Made by a program: the position numbers and the translations under genes. The notes under the pieces are model-generated. The model had not been told where the DNA came from. It saw only the letters and a list, made by a program, of their open reading frames with translations, and ran no database searches. A DNA stretch of 60,685 nucleotides, taken from Deltaproteobacteria bacterium. GTDB lineage: Bacteria > Desulfobacterota > Syntrophia > Syntrophales > UBA2210. The stretch spans positions 1 through 60,685 of the forward strand of contig JAFDAS010000004.1 of the NCBI GenBank assembly GCA_019313695.1, written 5' to 3'. Each line of letters starts with the position of its first letter. Positions within the stretch are counted from its first letter, which is position 1. This document shows positions 17,601 through 27,499 of this stretch, piece by piece.

Positions 17601-17623
17601 GGTTGGCCAGATTGCGGCCAACC
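17601..17623 (-). terminator. hairpin between the TRAP genes and Zn-ADH
   Basis: GGTTGGCC-agattgc-GGCCAACC. The U-tract is weak. Confidence 0.4.
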
Positions 17624-17709
17624 CAAAACAGGATTGTCGGCATTCCCGCTCGATCTCCGCTGTCCTGAAGAGAAGCATTCATTCTGCATTACACTACGCC
17701 ACCTTTCTC

Positions 17710-19026
17710 TCAACCGAACAGAAGACCGGGAAGCCAGAGCACAATCTGCGGGAAGAAATAAATCATAGCAACGCCCACTACTTGCAGAGCCATGAACGGC
17801 ATCATTCCTTTATAGATATCCAGCAGTTCCCACTCAGGCATGATTCCCTTGATATAGTAAGCCGATAAAGCCACCGGTGGGGAGAGCCAGCATGTCTGCA
17901 GCACGACGGCCAGCAGCATGCAAAACCATATCATATTTATATTCATCTCCCAGATAATCGGAAGGAAGATAGGGACAATGACGACCACGATAGGGACCCA
18001 CTCCAGGGGCCAGCCCAGGATAAAACAGACTATCAGGATACCGACCAGAAAAACCCAGGGGGGGAGGTTCCAGGAAAGCAGGGTATGGGCGATGAAGAGC
18101 GGCGTTCCCATCGAGGAAAAAACCACTCCCATGAATGTGGAAGCCGCAAGAAGAATCATCACCATGCTCGTCGTTTCGGCCGTGCGGAAGACGGCTTCCT
18201 TCACGAGCTTGAAGGTCAGTTTCCCGTTCAGAGCTGTCACTATCAAGGCCCCAAAGCATCCGAGGGCTGCTCCTTCCGTGGGTGTGGCAAGTCCCGTTAT
18301 AATGGAGCCCAGCGTTGCCAGAACGAGGACTGACGGCGGCAGGAGTCCCAGAAAAAACTCACGAATCTTGAAACTTGTGGGTACGTCGAGTTCCTCATCG
18401 GACATAGGCGGACCCAGCTCCGGGTTGATCATGACCCGGATCATCGTGTAAATGACGTACATGCTGGCGAGCATGATCCCTGGCAGAATCGCTGCGGCAA
18501 AGAGCCGTGCAACAGAAACCTGCATCACCGGCCCCATGACCACCAGCATAATGCTGGGAGGTATCAGGATACCCAGCGTTCCGCCGGCGCAGATAGCTCC
18601 GGCGCTGAGCGCCGAGTCGTAATTGGACTTTTTCATGACAGGAGCGGCCATCAGTCCGATGATCGTGACGGCGGCGCCCACAATCCCCGTTGCCGCCGCG
18701 AACAGCGTCGCCGAGAAGATAGTCCCCATATACAATGAACCCTTGAGCCGACCGGAAAGGAGAAGAAGCGCCCTGAAGAGACGTTCCATCAGGCCGGCCT
18801 TCTCAAGGATATAGCCCATGAACGTAAAAAGGGCCACTGCCGCCAGAACCGTATCCAGCATCGTGTCGAAGAACGTAAGGGTCATAAGGTAGAATACCTT
18901 GGTGCCAAGACCGATAAAACCGAATATCATGCCGAGTGTGATCAGCGTGAATGAAATAGGAAACCCTATGCATATAGCTCCGAAGAGGCCCCCCAGAAGT
19001 ATCAAACCATATATTTCCAAGCTCAT
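17710..19026 (-). CDS. TRAP transporter large permease (DctM family)
   Basis: 438 aa and highly hydrophobic, with a DctM-type pattern. Adjacent to the DctQ and DctP homologues. Confidence 0.9.
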   Translation of the reverse strand: MSLEIYGLILLGGLFGAICIGFPISFTLITLGMIFGFIGLGTKVFYLMTLTFFDTMLDTVLAAVALFTFMGYILEKAGLMERLFRALLLLSGRLKGSLYMGTIFSATLFAAATGIVGAAVTIIGLMAAPVMKKSNYDSALSAGAICAGGTLGILIPPSIMLVVMGPVMQVSVARLFAAAILPGIMLASMYVIYTMIRVMINPELGPPMSDEELDVPTSFKIREFFLGLLPPSVLVLATLGSIITGLATPTEGAALGCFGALIVTALNGKLTFKLVKEAVFRTAETTSMVMILLAASTFMGVVFSSMGTPLFIAHTLLSWNLPPWVFLVGILIVCFILGWPLEWVPIVVVIVPIFLPIIWEMNINMIWFCMLLAVVLQTCWLSPPVALSAYYIKGIMPEWELLDIYKGMMPFMALQVVGVAMIYFFPQIVLWLPGLLFG

Positions 19027-19126
19027 TTCTTCCTCCTAGATAGTTTTGAGACATTCAAGAAATTCCGCGGTCCCCTGGATCAACAGCAGCGTCAATGACA
19101 ATACCGCAACAGGGGAAATAACGGAT

Positions 19127-19669
19127 TTACGTAATCTCAGAGGGTTCCTCTTCCCGGTGGCGAATATCCACTCCTGTCAGTAAGAACTTTATCGATTTGA
19201 GAAGTTCCGAGATTCCCTGGAGGAGCAGCAAGACCCCGCCTAAGGGAATGGCCGATTTGTACCAGTATGCCGGGGGCCTCCAGGTCGTCATCAGTTTTTC
19301 CCTCAAGTCCCAGGATTCGGCAGCGTAGCCCCAGCTCAGCCAGATGAACATCACTATCCCGGGAAGAAAGAGGAGGAGATAGCAATACACGTCAACCCAG
19401 CATTGCGTCCGTGGTTTCCAACCCTGGTAAAGAAAGTCGGTCCGAATATGCTTTCCCATATAGAGGGTCATGGCGCCGGCAAGCCAATAATGAGTGCCGT
19501 AGCACATGGTAGATATATCGATAGCCCAGAGCGTTGGGCGGTAGGTGTAGCGAATAAAGACTTCCCAAACCAGCGTGGCCGCCATCGGGATGATCAGCCA
19601 GGCAACGGTTTTCCCTGCCCATATACTGATCTGGTCGATCACCTTGATGATCCGATCTATGTTGTTCAT
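19127..19669 (-). CDS. TRAP transporter small permease (DctQ family)
   Basis: About 180 aa with 4 TM segments. ATG 19669 has GGAG 10 nt upstream. The ORF-track start at 19684 is TTG. Confidence 0.8.
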   Translation of the reverse strand: MNNIDRIIKVIDQISIWAGKTVAWLIIPMAATLVWEVFIRYTYRPTLWAIDISTMCYGTHYWLAGAMTLYMGKHIRTDFLYQGWKPRTQCWVDVYCYLLLFLPGIVMFIWLSWGYAAESWDLREKLMTTWRPPAYWYKSAIPLGGVLLLLQGISELLKSIKFLLTGVDIRHREEEPSEIT

Positions 19670-19877
19670 AGTATCACACTCCAAAATTTCGGGATGGTTC
19701 GCTCGGAATCATCCTTTTTGGTTGAAATGGTCGTTTTCCCAACTTTCTCTCGACATCTTCGCCCGCAACGGCTTACCCGGCCGACCCTTCCCGACAGGAT
19801 TCGGGAGGGCCGGCCCAGGCAAGGCGTTGATGACGATCGGGCCCGTCATGCGACGCGCCCATTGGTTCTGCATGCGT

Positions 19878-20996
19878 CTATTTCGTTTCCGCAGCCCCGG
19901 AGATCAACAGCATCAGCTTGTTGGTCTCTGTGGTGAAGGGAACCACTAACTTGGCATACGCGCGCTGTGACTCGATAACCTTTTTGAAGAACGGATCCTT
20001 CTTCTCGATTTCGGCCATCACCTTCTTCGACGATTTAATGAAGGCCTCTGAATAGCCGGCGGGCGCGTCGAACACATTGACGCCCTTTTCCTCGACCAGT
20101 ATCTTAAGGGCCTTGGCGTTTTGTTCCACAAAGTACATCATGCCCTCAAGAATCGACTGTGTGGTTGCGCATTCAATGATCTTCTGGATATCCGGGGGCA
20201 GTGCACGCCATGCATCGCCGTTGATGATGATATCCATGATGCCGACCGCCTGGTGGAGCCCCTGGAGGGAGTAGTTCTTGGCAACGTCGTAGAGCCCCAG
20301 CTTCAGGTCGCTGGCCGTATTGATCCACTCGCCGCCGTCGAGCAGGCCCCTCTCCAGCGCGGGGATAACCTCCGCTCCACTCATGTTCACCGGGATGCCG
20401 CCCATGTCCTTCAGAACGTCCGACGACAGACCCGAAGACATGCGGTACCTCATTTTCAGGTAATCCTCGAGCGTCTTGGGCTGCTTCTTACTCCACCCGA
20501 AGGCCTCAGGTCCGTCCGGCGCGATCAGGAAGGGCATGACGTCCGCCTTGACGATCTTCTGGTAATATTCCACGTAGAGATCCCGTCCTCCCCCCTGGAA
20601 ATACCAGGAAAGATGGTTCATTAGATCCAGACCGCTTCCGGCGCCGCCGAGCGGGGAGCTGAAGAGACTGCCGGCCGGGTTTTTCCCCATCGAGTAATGG
20701 GTCCACCATTGTCCGCACTCAATGATCCCCTTCTTGACGCCGTCCATAATTTGAAAAGGTTTCACGATGGCGCCGCTCGCGAGGACCTCGATATGAAGCC
20801 TCCCTGCCGACATCGTCTCGATGTTGTCGGCCAATCTTTTCAACAGCACAATTTGAGGGGCCCCTGCGGGGTTCGCGCTCTGCAGCTTCCAATTAAACTG
20901 TGCCGCATGCGCAGTCGCTGTAAGACCGGAAATACTCAAGGTCAAAGCGCAAGCAATAACCACCGCTAACGAAACAATCAAAAGTTTTCTTTTCAT
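19878..20996 (-). CDS. TRAP transporter solute-binding protein (DctP-like, COG4663-type)
   Basis: Signal peptide, then FNWKLQSANPAGAPQIVLLKRLADNIETMSAGRLHIEV, typical of the DctP superfamily. Confidence 0.85.
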   Translation of the reverse strand: MKRKLLIVSLAVVIACALTLSISGLTATAHAAQFNWKLQSANPAGAPQIVLLKRLADNIETMSAGRLHIEVLASGAIVKPFQIMDGVKKGIIECGQWWTHYSMGKNPAGSLFSSPLGGAGSGLDLMNHLSWYFQGGGRDLYVEYYQKIVKADVMPFLIAPDGPEAFGWSKKQPKTLEDYLKMRYRMSSGLSSDVLKDMGGIPVNMSGAEVIPALERGLLDGGEWINTASDLKLGLYDVAKNYSLQGLHQAVGIMDIIINGDAWRALPPDIQKIIECATTQSILEGMMYFVEQNAKALKILVEEKGVNVFDAPAGYSEAFIKSSKKVMAEIEKKDPFFKKVIESQRAYAKLVVPFTTETNKLMLLISGAAETK

Positions 20997-21206
20997 GATC
21001 TTCCTCCTTATTACGTTATGTTAGCAATTCAGTGAATCTAAAAAATCCGGCTATATTCTACCCCTTGCTTCTCTTTGTGCCCTCCTTTCCCTTCGCATTT
21101 GATATGATTGTGGGGAAAATTCCTTACCCCCGGATATTGGTTTGGCAGGACAGCATGTCTTTCCAGGTATTTTTAACGATATTGCCGTCGCTCAATCCAA
21201 ATCATT

Positions 21207-22139
21207 TTATTGTTTCTTATTCTGAGACTTCACTTCCTCGTAGGCCCTGTTTAAAAGCCGTATTACGTCGTAGTCTGTGTCTTTCATGCTCACACACTTT
21301 TCGGCCTTGACATTGTCAAGCCACGCCTGACACGTGGGTTCTTCATGAACGGTAAGAAATGCCCGTCTGATTTTTTCTCTCAATTGAGGATGGAGGTCCA
21401 TTCTATAGGCAAAGGGGTCCTGGGGAATCGTTGCGGACCACCAGATGTAATTGAAATCTTCTTTTTTCACAACGCTGCGATCTATGACGTTGTCGAATCG
21501 ATGGGTGGCAACGAATGCGCAGTCTATCCTGCCATCGTAAACCGCCATGATGGAAAGATCATGCCCTCCGGAATAGACTACCCTCTTAAAATATTTTTCC
21601 AGGGGCATCCCGACTTCTTTTACGAAAACCACCCGGGGCACCAGATTTCCCGATGTGCTGTCAGGATCAGTCAGAACAACTGTCGCTCCCTTTATGGATT
21701 CAACCGTTGTATATTTGCTGCCTTTTTTTGTTATGATTACCGATTGGTATCCCGGGCCGCTTTTGCTGATATATCCCTGTTTCTTCTTGTAGGTGGCGAA
21801 TACCACGATGTCAGGGTCTTTTTCGTGGGCTATCACGTATGAAAAGGGTCCGTGAACGGCGACATCCACCCACCCATTAACCTGCGCTTCCACGACGCTG
21901 GAATAGGAGGCGGGCATATAGAAATTTATTTTTTTCCCTGTGCATTTAGAAAGATAGTCTATAAGAGGTTTATAGATGGTAAGTTCCTGGATGGTTTCCT
22001 CTGTGGGGATGATGGAAAATGTGAGGATATCAGGGTCCTTCCACCCGTCATCCGCAGAAATGCATCTTACCCCTGAGAGGATAAGGCATGTCGATACAAA
22101 GAAAACGATAATTAATCTTGAGATTATTATTTTCTTCAT
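21207..22139 (-). CDS. PhnD-like phosphate/phosphite/phosphonate-type periplasmic binding protein (orphan; no adjacent permease or ATPase)
   Basis: Signal peptide. LTFSIIPTEETIQELTIYKPLIDYLSK...VDVAVHGPFSYV matches the PhnD/PF12974 pattern. Confidence 0.75.
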   Translation of the reverse strand: MKKIIISRLIIVFFVSTCLILSGVRCISADDGWKDPDILTFSIIPTEETIQELTIYKPLIDYLSKCTGKKINFYMPASYSSVVEAQVNGWVDVAVHGPFSYVIAHEKDPDIVVFATYKKKQGYISKSGPGYQSVIITKKGSKYTTVESIKGATVVLTDPDSTSGNLVPRVVFVKEVGMPLEKYFKRVVYSGGHDLSIMAVYDGRIDCAFVATHRFDNVIDRSVVKKEDFNYIWWSATIPQDPFAYRMDLHPQLREKIRRAFLTVHEEPTCQAWLDNVKAEKCVSMKDTDYDVIRLLNRAYEEVKSQNKKQ

Positions 22140-22294
22140 AATGCAAACCTTCCCGTGTTTGTCACAGACCGATTTGAAAGGAAATTTTGCCCTGCCGCAA
22201 CGTGAGCAACTACTATTATCGGTGCCGACTGTAATTGTGATAACATGGGGGAGACTTACAGTCTGGACCGTTAAGTTTCATGAGATATCTCTTA

Positions 22295-22693
22295 TCACGG
22301 CATATAGGTAACCTTCAGCTCCGTCCTGTACATCCTGCCAGTGGAGCGGTCCTTCGCGCTTATCGTCAGAGTGTTGTTTCCCGGTTGCAGATCTACCCCG
22401 CGAATCCGCCAGTTTATGGTTCCCTCCGCTATGCCGCTTCCCCCCCTGTTGTTCGTCCAGTATATCGCGTCAATATCATTGAAGGTCAATCCGGCAAGCT
22501 CGATGGGTGATACTTTCAGGATCTTTCCATCGCCCACAAACCGGGGTTCGGTGATTACGATGTCAGGCAGCTCCCGGCCCGCTTCCTTCAGGACGGCGCT
22601 TCCTTTCAAGCCTCCCCTCGTTTCTTTGCAGCCGGAAATTGCAAAACCTGAAGCTATAATGACTATAATGAAAGATAAAAAAAACTTTTTCAT
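22295..22693 (-). CDS. small lipoprotein with Ig-like beta-sandwich-type repeat
   Basis: Lipobox AISGC. The C-terminal WTNNRGGSGIAEGTINWRIRGVDLQPGNNTLTISAKD resembles Ig-like surface domains. Confidence 0.6.
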   Translation of the reverse strand: MKKFFLSFIIVIIASGFAISGCKETRGGLKGSAVLKEAGRELPDIVITEPRFVGDGKILKVSPIELAGLTFNDIDAIYWTNNRGGSGIAEGTINWRIRGVDLQPGNNTLTISAKDRSTGRMYRTELKVTYMP

Positions 22694-22880
22694 TTGGTAT
22701 GTCGCTTTTTCCTTTGTCGGACCCTGTTGCCTGTGAAATCCACAGAGAATATCATATTAAAAGACACCGCCGGACGGAAAAACCACTTTACGATTTTCAA
22801 GTTATACGGAGAAACGGGTAAAGACAATAGCATTATATACTCATTTAAACATAGGTAGAATTACCTATCAGATGAACGCT

Positions 22881-23537
22881 TCAGTCGCTGATGGCGATAT
22901 AGTCTTTGCTGATGGCGTATTTTACAAGTTCTGAGGTGTTTTTGAGATTAAGCTTCTTCATCATATTCGCGCGGTGATTCTCTACTGTTCGAATGCTTAT
23001 ATACAGCATTCCGGCAATTTTTTTGTTCGTTTTTCCTTCGGCGACGAATTTTATGATTTCCCTTTCACGAGAGGTAAGGATTTCAAAATCGTGATTGTAT
23101 TTTCCCCTGCACATCTGAACGAAATTATCGGCAAGGTCATCTGTGAGGATGGGGGAAATGAAAATGCCCCCTCCCCGGATCTTTTCTATCGCCATATATA
23201 GTTCGGTGTCTGCGTCTTCTTTTAGAAGGTAACCCTCGGCGCCCGCGGAGATGGAGTGGTGCAAATATTCCCTGCCCTTATGCATGGTCAGGATGAGAAT
23301 TTTAATGCCGGGGTCTGACATTTTTATTTCGCGCGTGGCTTCGATTCCCCGTATGTTCGGCATGGATATATCAAGAATGACCATGTGGGGGGTCATCTCT
23401 TTTAACATGCGGAGAAGTGCCAGGCCGTCGCTTACCTCTCCTATGACTTTTACATCGTCAAGTTCCTCAAGGATCTTCCTTACTCCCAGGCGGAACATCT
23501 TATGGTCATCGGCCAGTATAATGCTGTAGGGGTCCAT
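22881..23537 (-). CDS. NarL/FixJ-family response regulator (REC + LuxR HTH)
   Basis: ILADDHKMFR...DISMP receiver motifs and a C-terminal LTSREREIIKFVAEGKTNKKIA HTH. Confidence 0.9.
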   Translation of the reverse strand: MDPYSIILADDHKMFRLGVRKILEELDDVKVIGEVSDGLALLRMLKEMTPHMVILDISMPNIRGIEATREIKMSDPGIKILILTMHKGREYLHHSISAGAEGYLLKEDADTELYMAIEKIRGGGIFISPILTDDLADNFVQMCRGKYNHDFEILTSREREIIKFVAEGKTNKKIAGMLYISIRTVENHRANMMKKLNLKNTSELVKYAISKDYIAISD

Positions 23538-25585
23538 TACTGATTGACCTCCCCGTCAATGGGAACAGTAAATGTTATTTCTGTTCCCATGCCTTCCTTG
23601 CTCCCTATGTTGAAGGATGAGCCCAGCATCCGCGCGCGTTCCTGCATGGCTGCCAAGCCAATCCCTTTTTTTGATGAATATTTACCGGAATGTCTCCTGG
23701 TCTTAAAGCCTTTTCCGTTGTCTTTTACCGTAAAGAAGATCGATCCGTCTACATTTTTTATAATGATGGATGCACGGCTGGCCTCGGCGTGTTTATCAAT
23801 ATTCGTGAGGATTTCCTGAAAAATCCTGTAGATAATAATCTGCTGCTCGGAAGAGAAGAATTCGTCGATCTTTTCGATATCAATATCGGCATCGATATTA
23901 TAATATTTTATGAAGTCGTCTATGAGTCGCTGTATTGCCGCCGAAAGCCCGATATCTTCCAGTATCGAGGGGCTGAGGTCCCGGGAAATCCTTCGCACGT
24001 TTTCGATAACAGAGTCAATACAACCTAACATCTCGTTGCATTCCGTTATTAATTTTGTCTGGTCCCCGCTCAGATTTCTTTTTATGAAACTGATCTGCAT
24101 TTTTAACAGAGACAGAGACTGTCCGAGGTCGTCGTGAAGTTCGTAAGAAAGCTTTTTTCTCTCTTTTTCCTGAGCAGTAAGGATATGTGAGGAGAGGACG
24201 CGCAGTTCGTTTCTGGAATCTCTCAAGGCGTCTTCTATCCTTTTTCTTTCATCGATTTCCATCAACAGGTTGTCCTTTGCCTTTGACAGATCGGCCGTTC
24301 TTTCCTTCACCCGTTTTTCCAGTTCATGGTGGGCCTTTTGAAGGGCCATCTCACTCTTTTTACGTTCGATGATGTCCCTGGCTACGCATACTATTCCCTG
24401 GATATCGCCGCTGTCGTTCTTCATTACGGCGCCTGAAAAGAGAACGGGTATCCTTTTCCCATTCTTTGTCAGGTAGGTTTTTTCCATGTTGACGACAGCG
24501 CCCGTTGACACCAGTCCGTCTATTACCGAATCGCCCGTTGACGCCTCTTCCGGGATTATTTCCTGTATCGATTTCCCGACGAGGTCATCCCTTTCGTATC
24601 CAAGGAGATTGAGTGCTGATTGATTGACCTTGATGATTTCCCCCCGGGGATTGATAACAATAAGAGTGTCGAGCATGGATTTGATTATATTATCCACGTA
24701 TGATTTTGAGACAGTGGTTTTGCCCAGATTGTGTGCCATTTCATTGAATGCGTTTGTCAGTACGCCAACTTCATCCGAGGAGGTGATGTCTATCTGGGTA
24801 TCCAGTTGCCCCCGGCCTATCTCAAGCGCCGCTGTGGCCAGTCTGTTTATGGGTCTTGAAACGGAACGGGAAATCCAGTATCCCATAATGACCACGGTAA
24901 ATATTGTGCCCATGGTCAAGGCGATTATCATTAGGGTGGCATTGGGAATGGATTCATCTATGATTTTTGAGAGATGAATCTCCATATCCTCGTGGGTTTT
25001 TTCTCTATATCTGTTGATGACGGGATATATGTTCTTTCTGTAATGAGGCTCAAGGGTTTTTTTGAAAAAATCATAGGCCTGGTTTGGCACTTTGTCTGAG
25101 AGATTTATAAAGTGCGACAGGTACTTCCAGTGGTAATAAAAGTCTCGTTTACGGAGGCTGACCCATCTCTGAAGATCTTCGTCATTAATATAGTCGGCTC
25201 TGCGGATTTCTCCTTTCCCCTTCAGTGGTATGTCGGTCAGGTTCGGTTCGATGGTGGCTGAAAGAAAATGCTCCAGCCGCTGCAGATTCGATTTGATATT
25301 CTTCTGTTCCAGGTCAAACACATCCCTTTGCTGACGCTTGTCCGGAAATGTGTATATGATCCTGTATTTCTTATTTACCAGGTCCTGAACGGATTCCTGA
25401 CATCTTTCCATAACGAGGAGCACTTCATCCGACGCCTCCGATTCAACGAGGGAATATTTATTCAGTTTTATAACATTCAGTTTGATGTCGTTGTATATCT
25501 TAATATAGAGATACCCGGCGCAGATTATCAGCACGGACATAATCAGATATCCGAGCATTAATTTGTGAGTTATCTTCATCGCCAT
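23537..25585 (-). CDS. sensor histidine kinase (TM-sensor-TM-HAMP-PAS-HisKA_3-HATPase)
   Basis: HAMP (SRPINRLATAALEIGRGQLD), PAS, and the H-box SYELHDDLGQSLS typical of the NarX/HisKA_3 class. Overlaps the RR gene by 1 nt. Confidence 0.9.
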   Translation of the reverse strand: MAMKITHKLMLGYLIMSVLIICAGYLYIKIYNDIKLNVIKLNKYSLVESEASDEVLLVMERCQESVQDLVNKKYRIIYTFPDKRQQRDVFDLEQKNIKSNLQRLEHFLSATIEPNLTDIPLKGKGEIRRADYINDEDLQRWVSLRKRDFYYHWKYLSHFINLSDKVPNQAYDFFKKTLEPHYRKNIYPVINRYREKTHEDMEIHLSKIIDESIPNATLMIIALTMGTIFTVVIMGYWISRSVSRPINRLATAALEIGRGQLDTQIDITSSDEVGVLTNAFNEMAHNLGKTTVSKSYVDNIIKSMLDTLIVINPRGEIIKVNQSALNLLGYERDDLVGKSIQEIIPEEASTGDSVIDGLVSTGAVVNMEKTYLTKNGKRIPVLFSGAVMKNDSGDIQGIVCVARDIIERKKSEMALQKAHHELEKRVKERTADLSKAKDNLLMEIDERKRIEDALRDSRNELRVLSSHILTAQEKERKKLSYELHDDLGQSLSLLKMQISFIKRNLSGDQTKLITECNEMLGCIDSVIENVRRISRDLSPSILEDIGLSAAIQRLIDDFIKYYNIDADIDIEKIDEFFSSEQQIIIYRIFQEILTNIDKHAEASRASIIIKNVDGSIFFTVKDNGKGFKTRRHSGKYSSKKGIGLAAMQERARMLGSSFNIGSKEGMGTEITFTVPIDGEVNQ

Positions 25586-25867
25586 CTACCCCTGCCCATG
25601 CGTTTGCTTGAACCTGAGTGGTTGAGATATATAAGATACTACCAGGCCCTGTGATAGAACTTCACTATTTCTTTCGTTGTTGGAACGACGAGATTGTTAT
25701 CCGGTAAATATCTGCCGCTGTATCCAAGCATATCTTTCTCTCCCTGGCTTACAAGTTTATGAAATAAAACGTCGATTCTTATCTGTCTTTAAGATCCCAT
25801 CGAGTCTCACGGATAAATATCACGCAGAAGTATTAGTTTTTGTAACCCCTATCCGATCAAATGTCAA

Positions 25868-25903
25868 GAAACCCGCAGACCCCTTGAAACCCGCAGACCC
25901 CTT
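25868..25903. repeat. perfect 18-bp tandem duplication (GAAACCCGCAGACCCCTT x2)
   Basis: Read directly from the sequence. Intergenic. Confidence 0.9.
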
Positions 25904-26233
25904 TGTCGGAATCTGTCCGTCTCATTGGCTACCCCCTGGTGGCCGATTGTAAACAGGACAGATTACTTGCTACTAACACGCACAGTTCTATTTGTTGGCA
26001 ACACATTATAAGTTAGTACAACATAATAAACCCCGGGATTCAGGAGACATGGTAAATGCCGCAGTTGCGCGGAGGGTCCACCCTGCCGAAGGGCCAAACA
26101 TGAAGAATGAGTTGAAGCCCATGCCGGGCAGGTACGTAAATTACACTGATACACTTAAAGGATGTCGATCACTTCATTCCGGATGATAGGTTCATCTATC
26201 GGAGTCCTTCCGGCAGGTGGCCCTTATGTTCTG

Positions 26234-26983
26234 CTACAAATATACGCGCATACCATCTTCCGCCGTTTCAAGATCGAGGTGATCTATTTTGGACAGCATA
26301 TCTTCGCTCATGTGAGTGATGATAATGCGCTTGCAAGTGAACCTGGTCAGACGAGACATCAGACTTTGATAGTCCAGGTGGAATTTCATGCTTTTGTCGA
26401 AGAAATAGGCCTCGCATATGAACAGGTCTGCCGCCCGCGATGCCTCGAGTAGACTCTCCGTCCATTCGGTATCCCCGGAGTATACGATGATTCGCCCACC
26501 GAGCTCCAGACGGAGGGCGTATGACGGTGCACCACTGAAGTGAGCAACAGGGAAACTCGTGATGGAGAGGTCACCAATGTTCCGCGTTTCTCGTGCGGCC
26601 AGCTCGATAAACTCGATGTCGAACCCTTGCTTTGCCTTCGATGATCCCGGAAACAGGATCTCCATTGCGGACAATAAGCGCTCTTCCAGTCCTGGTGGTC
26701 CGACGATCTGCAGAGGAGTTGTTCTCTTCAATACGTGCTGAGCGTGTAGAATGAAGAATGGAATGCCGCCGAAGTGATCCCCATGGAGGTGGGTGACCAG
26801 AATCTTGCTTACTTCGAGGGGATGAATTCCGGCTTGTTTGAGGGCAATCAGTGACGAGGCTCCACAATCAATGAGTAACCGATCGTTCGAAAACCGAACC
26901 GAAATGCAGGTCTGGAAGCGGCCTCCGCTACCGAAGGCATCTCCGCTTCCGACAAAATGTACCTCGACTTGTGACTCTCTCAT
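26234..26983 (-). CDS. MBL-fold metallo-hydrolase (RNase Z/ElaC-like)
   Basis: LIDCGAS...VTHLHGDHFGGIPF contains the HxHxDH motif. Confidence 0.8.
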   Translation of the reverse strand: MRESQVEVHFVGSGDAFGSGGRFQTCISVRFSNDRLLIDCGASSLIALKQAGIHPLEVSKILVTHLHGDHFGGIPFFILHAQHVLKRTTPLQIVGPPGLEERLLSAMEILFPGSSKAKQGFDIEFIELAARETRNIGDLSITSFPVAHFSGAPSYALRLELGGRIIVYSGDTEWTESLLEASRAADLFICEAYFFDKSMKFHLDYQSLMSRLTRFTCKRIIITHMSEDMLSKIDHLDLETAEDGMRVYL

Positions 26984-27016
26984 CCGCGTTCCTCTCTGTT
27001 CGCATCGCGCTGCCTA

Positions 27017-27454
27017 TTATTTGGTGTCCAGTGCCATGGGGAAAGTCAAGATGTAGCCCTTGATCTCTTCCCTCACGCGACGATAGTGGATCAAGGCCTT
27101 TTCTTCGTTTGCAGTTCCCTCTGCCAGTCTCGGCGGGTCATCGAATCCCCTGTGAATTACCTTTGTTCTATCCGGAAAGAAGGGGCACGTCTCGTTCGCA
27201 TGACCACAGACGGTAACCACGTACTCGAATACCTTGTTGGCGAGATCATCCACGGTCTTGCTGCGCTGGCCGGAAATGTCGATACCGATTTCGCGCATCA
27301 CCTTTACCGCAAGCGGGTTTAGCCCGTGTTTCTCGATTCCCGCCGAGTACGGTTCAATAACATCGCCTCGGAAATGGCGGCACAGACCTTCCGCCATTTG
27401 ACTGCGACAGGAATTACCTGTGCAGATAAAAAGCACTCGAATCTTGTTGATCAT
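27017..27454 (-). CDS. arsC: arsenate reductase (thioredoxin-coupled, LMW-PTP family)
   Basis: VLFICTGNSCRSQMAEG P-loop plus downstream Cys residues (VCGHANETCP). Confidence 0.85.
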   Translation of the reverse strand: MINKIRVLFICTGNSCRSQMAEGLCRHFRGDVIEPYSAGIEKHGLNPLAVKVMREIGIDISGQRSKTVDDLANKVFEYVVTVCGHANETCPFFPDRTKVIHRGFDDPPRLAEGTANEEKALIHYRRVREEIKGYILTFPMALDTK

Positions 27455-27499
27455 ATTTACTTTCTTTCGGTCTTACAACGAATATGTCCATGAAAGGTT

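Noticed and set aside
25868-25903. Possible CRISPR-like or tandem array
   Set aside because: There are only two directly abutting 18-bp units with no spacers and no cas genes. This is a simple tandem duplication.
25677-25952. 91-aa plus-strand ORF (TTG start) and a 33-aa minus-strand ORF in the spacer after the kinase gene
   Set aside because: There is no RBS and no family resemblance, and the ORF runs through the tandem duplication. It is treated as non-coding or decayed DNA.
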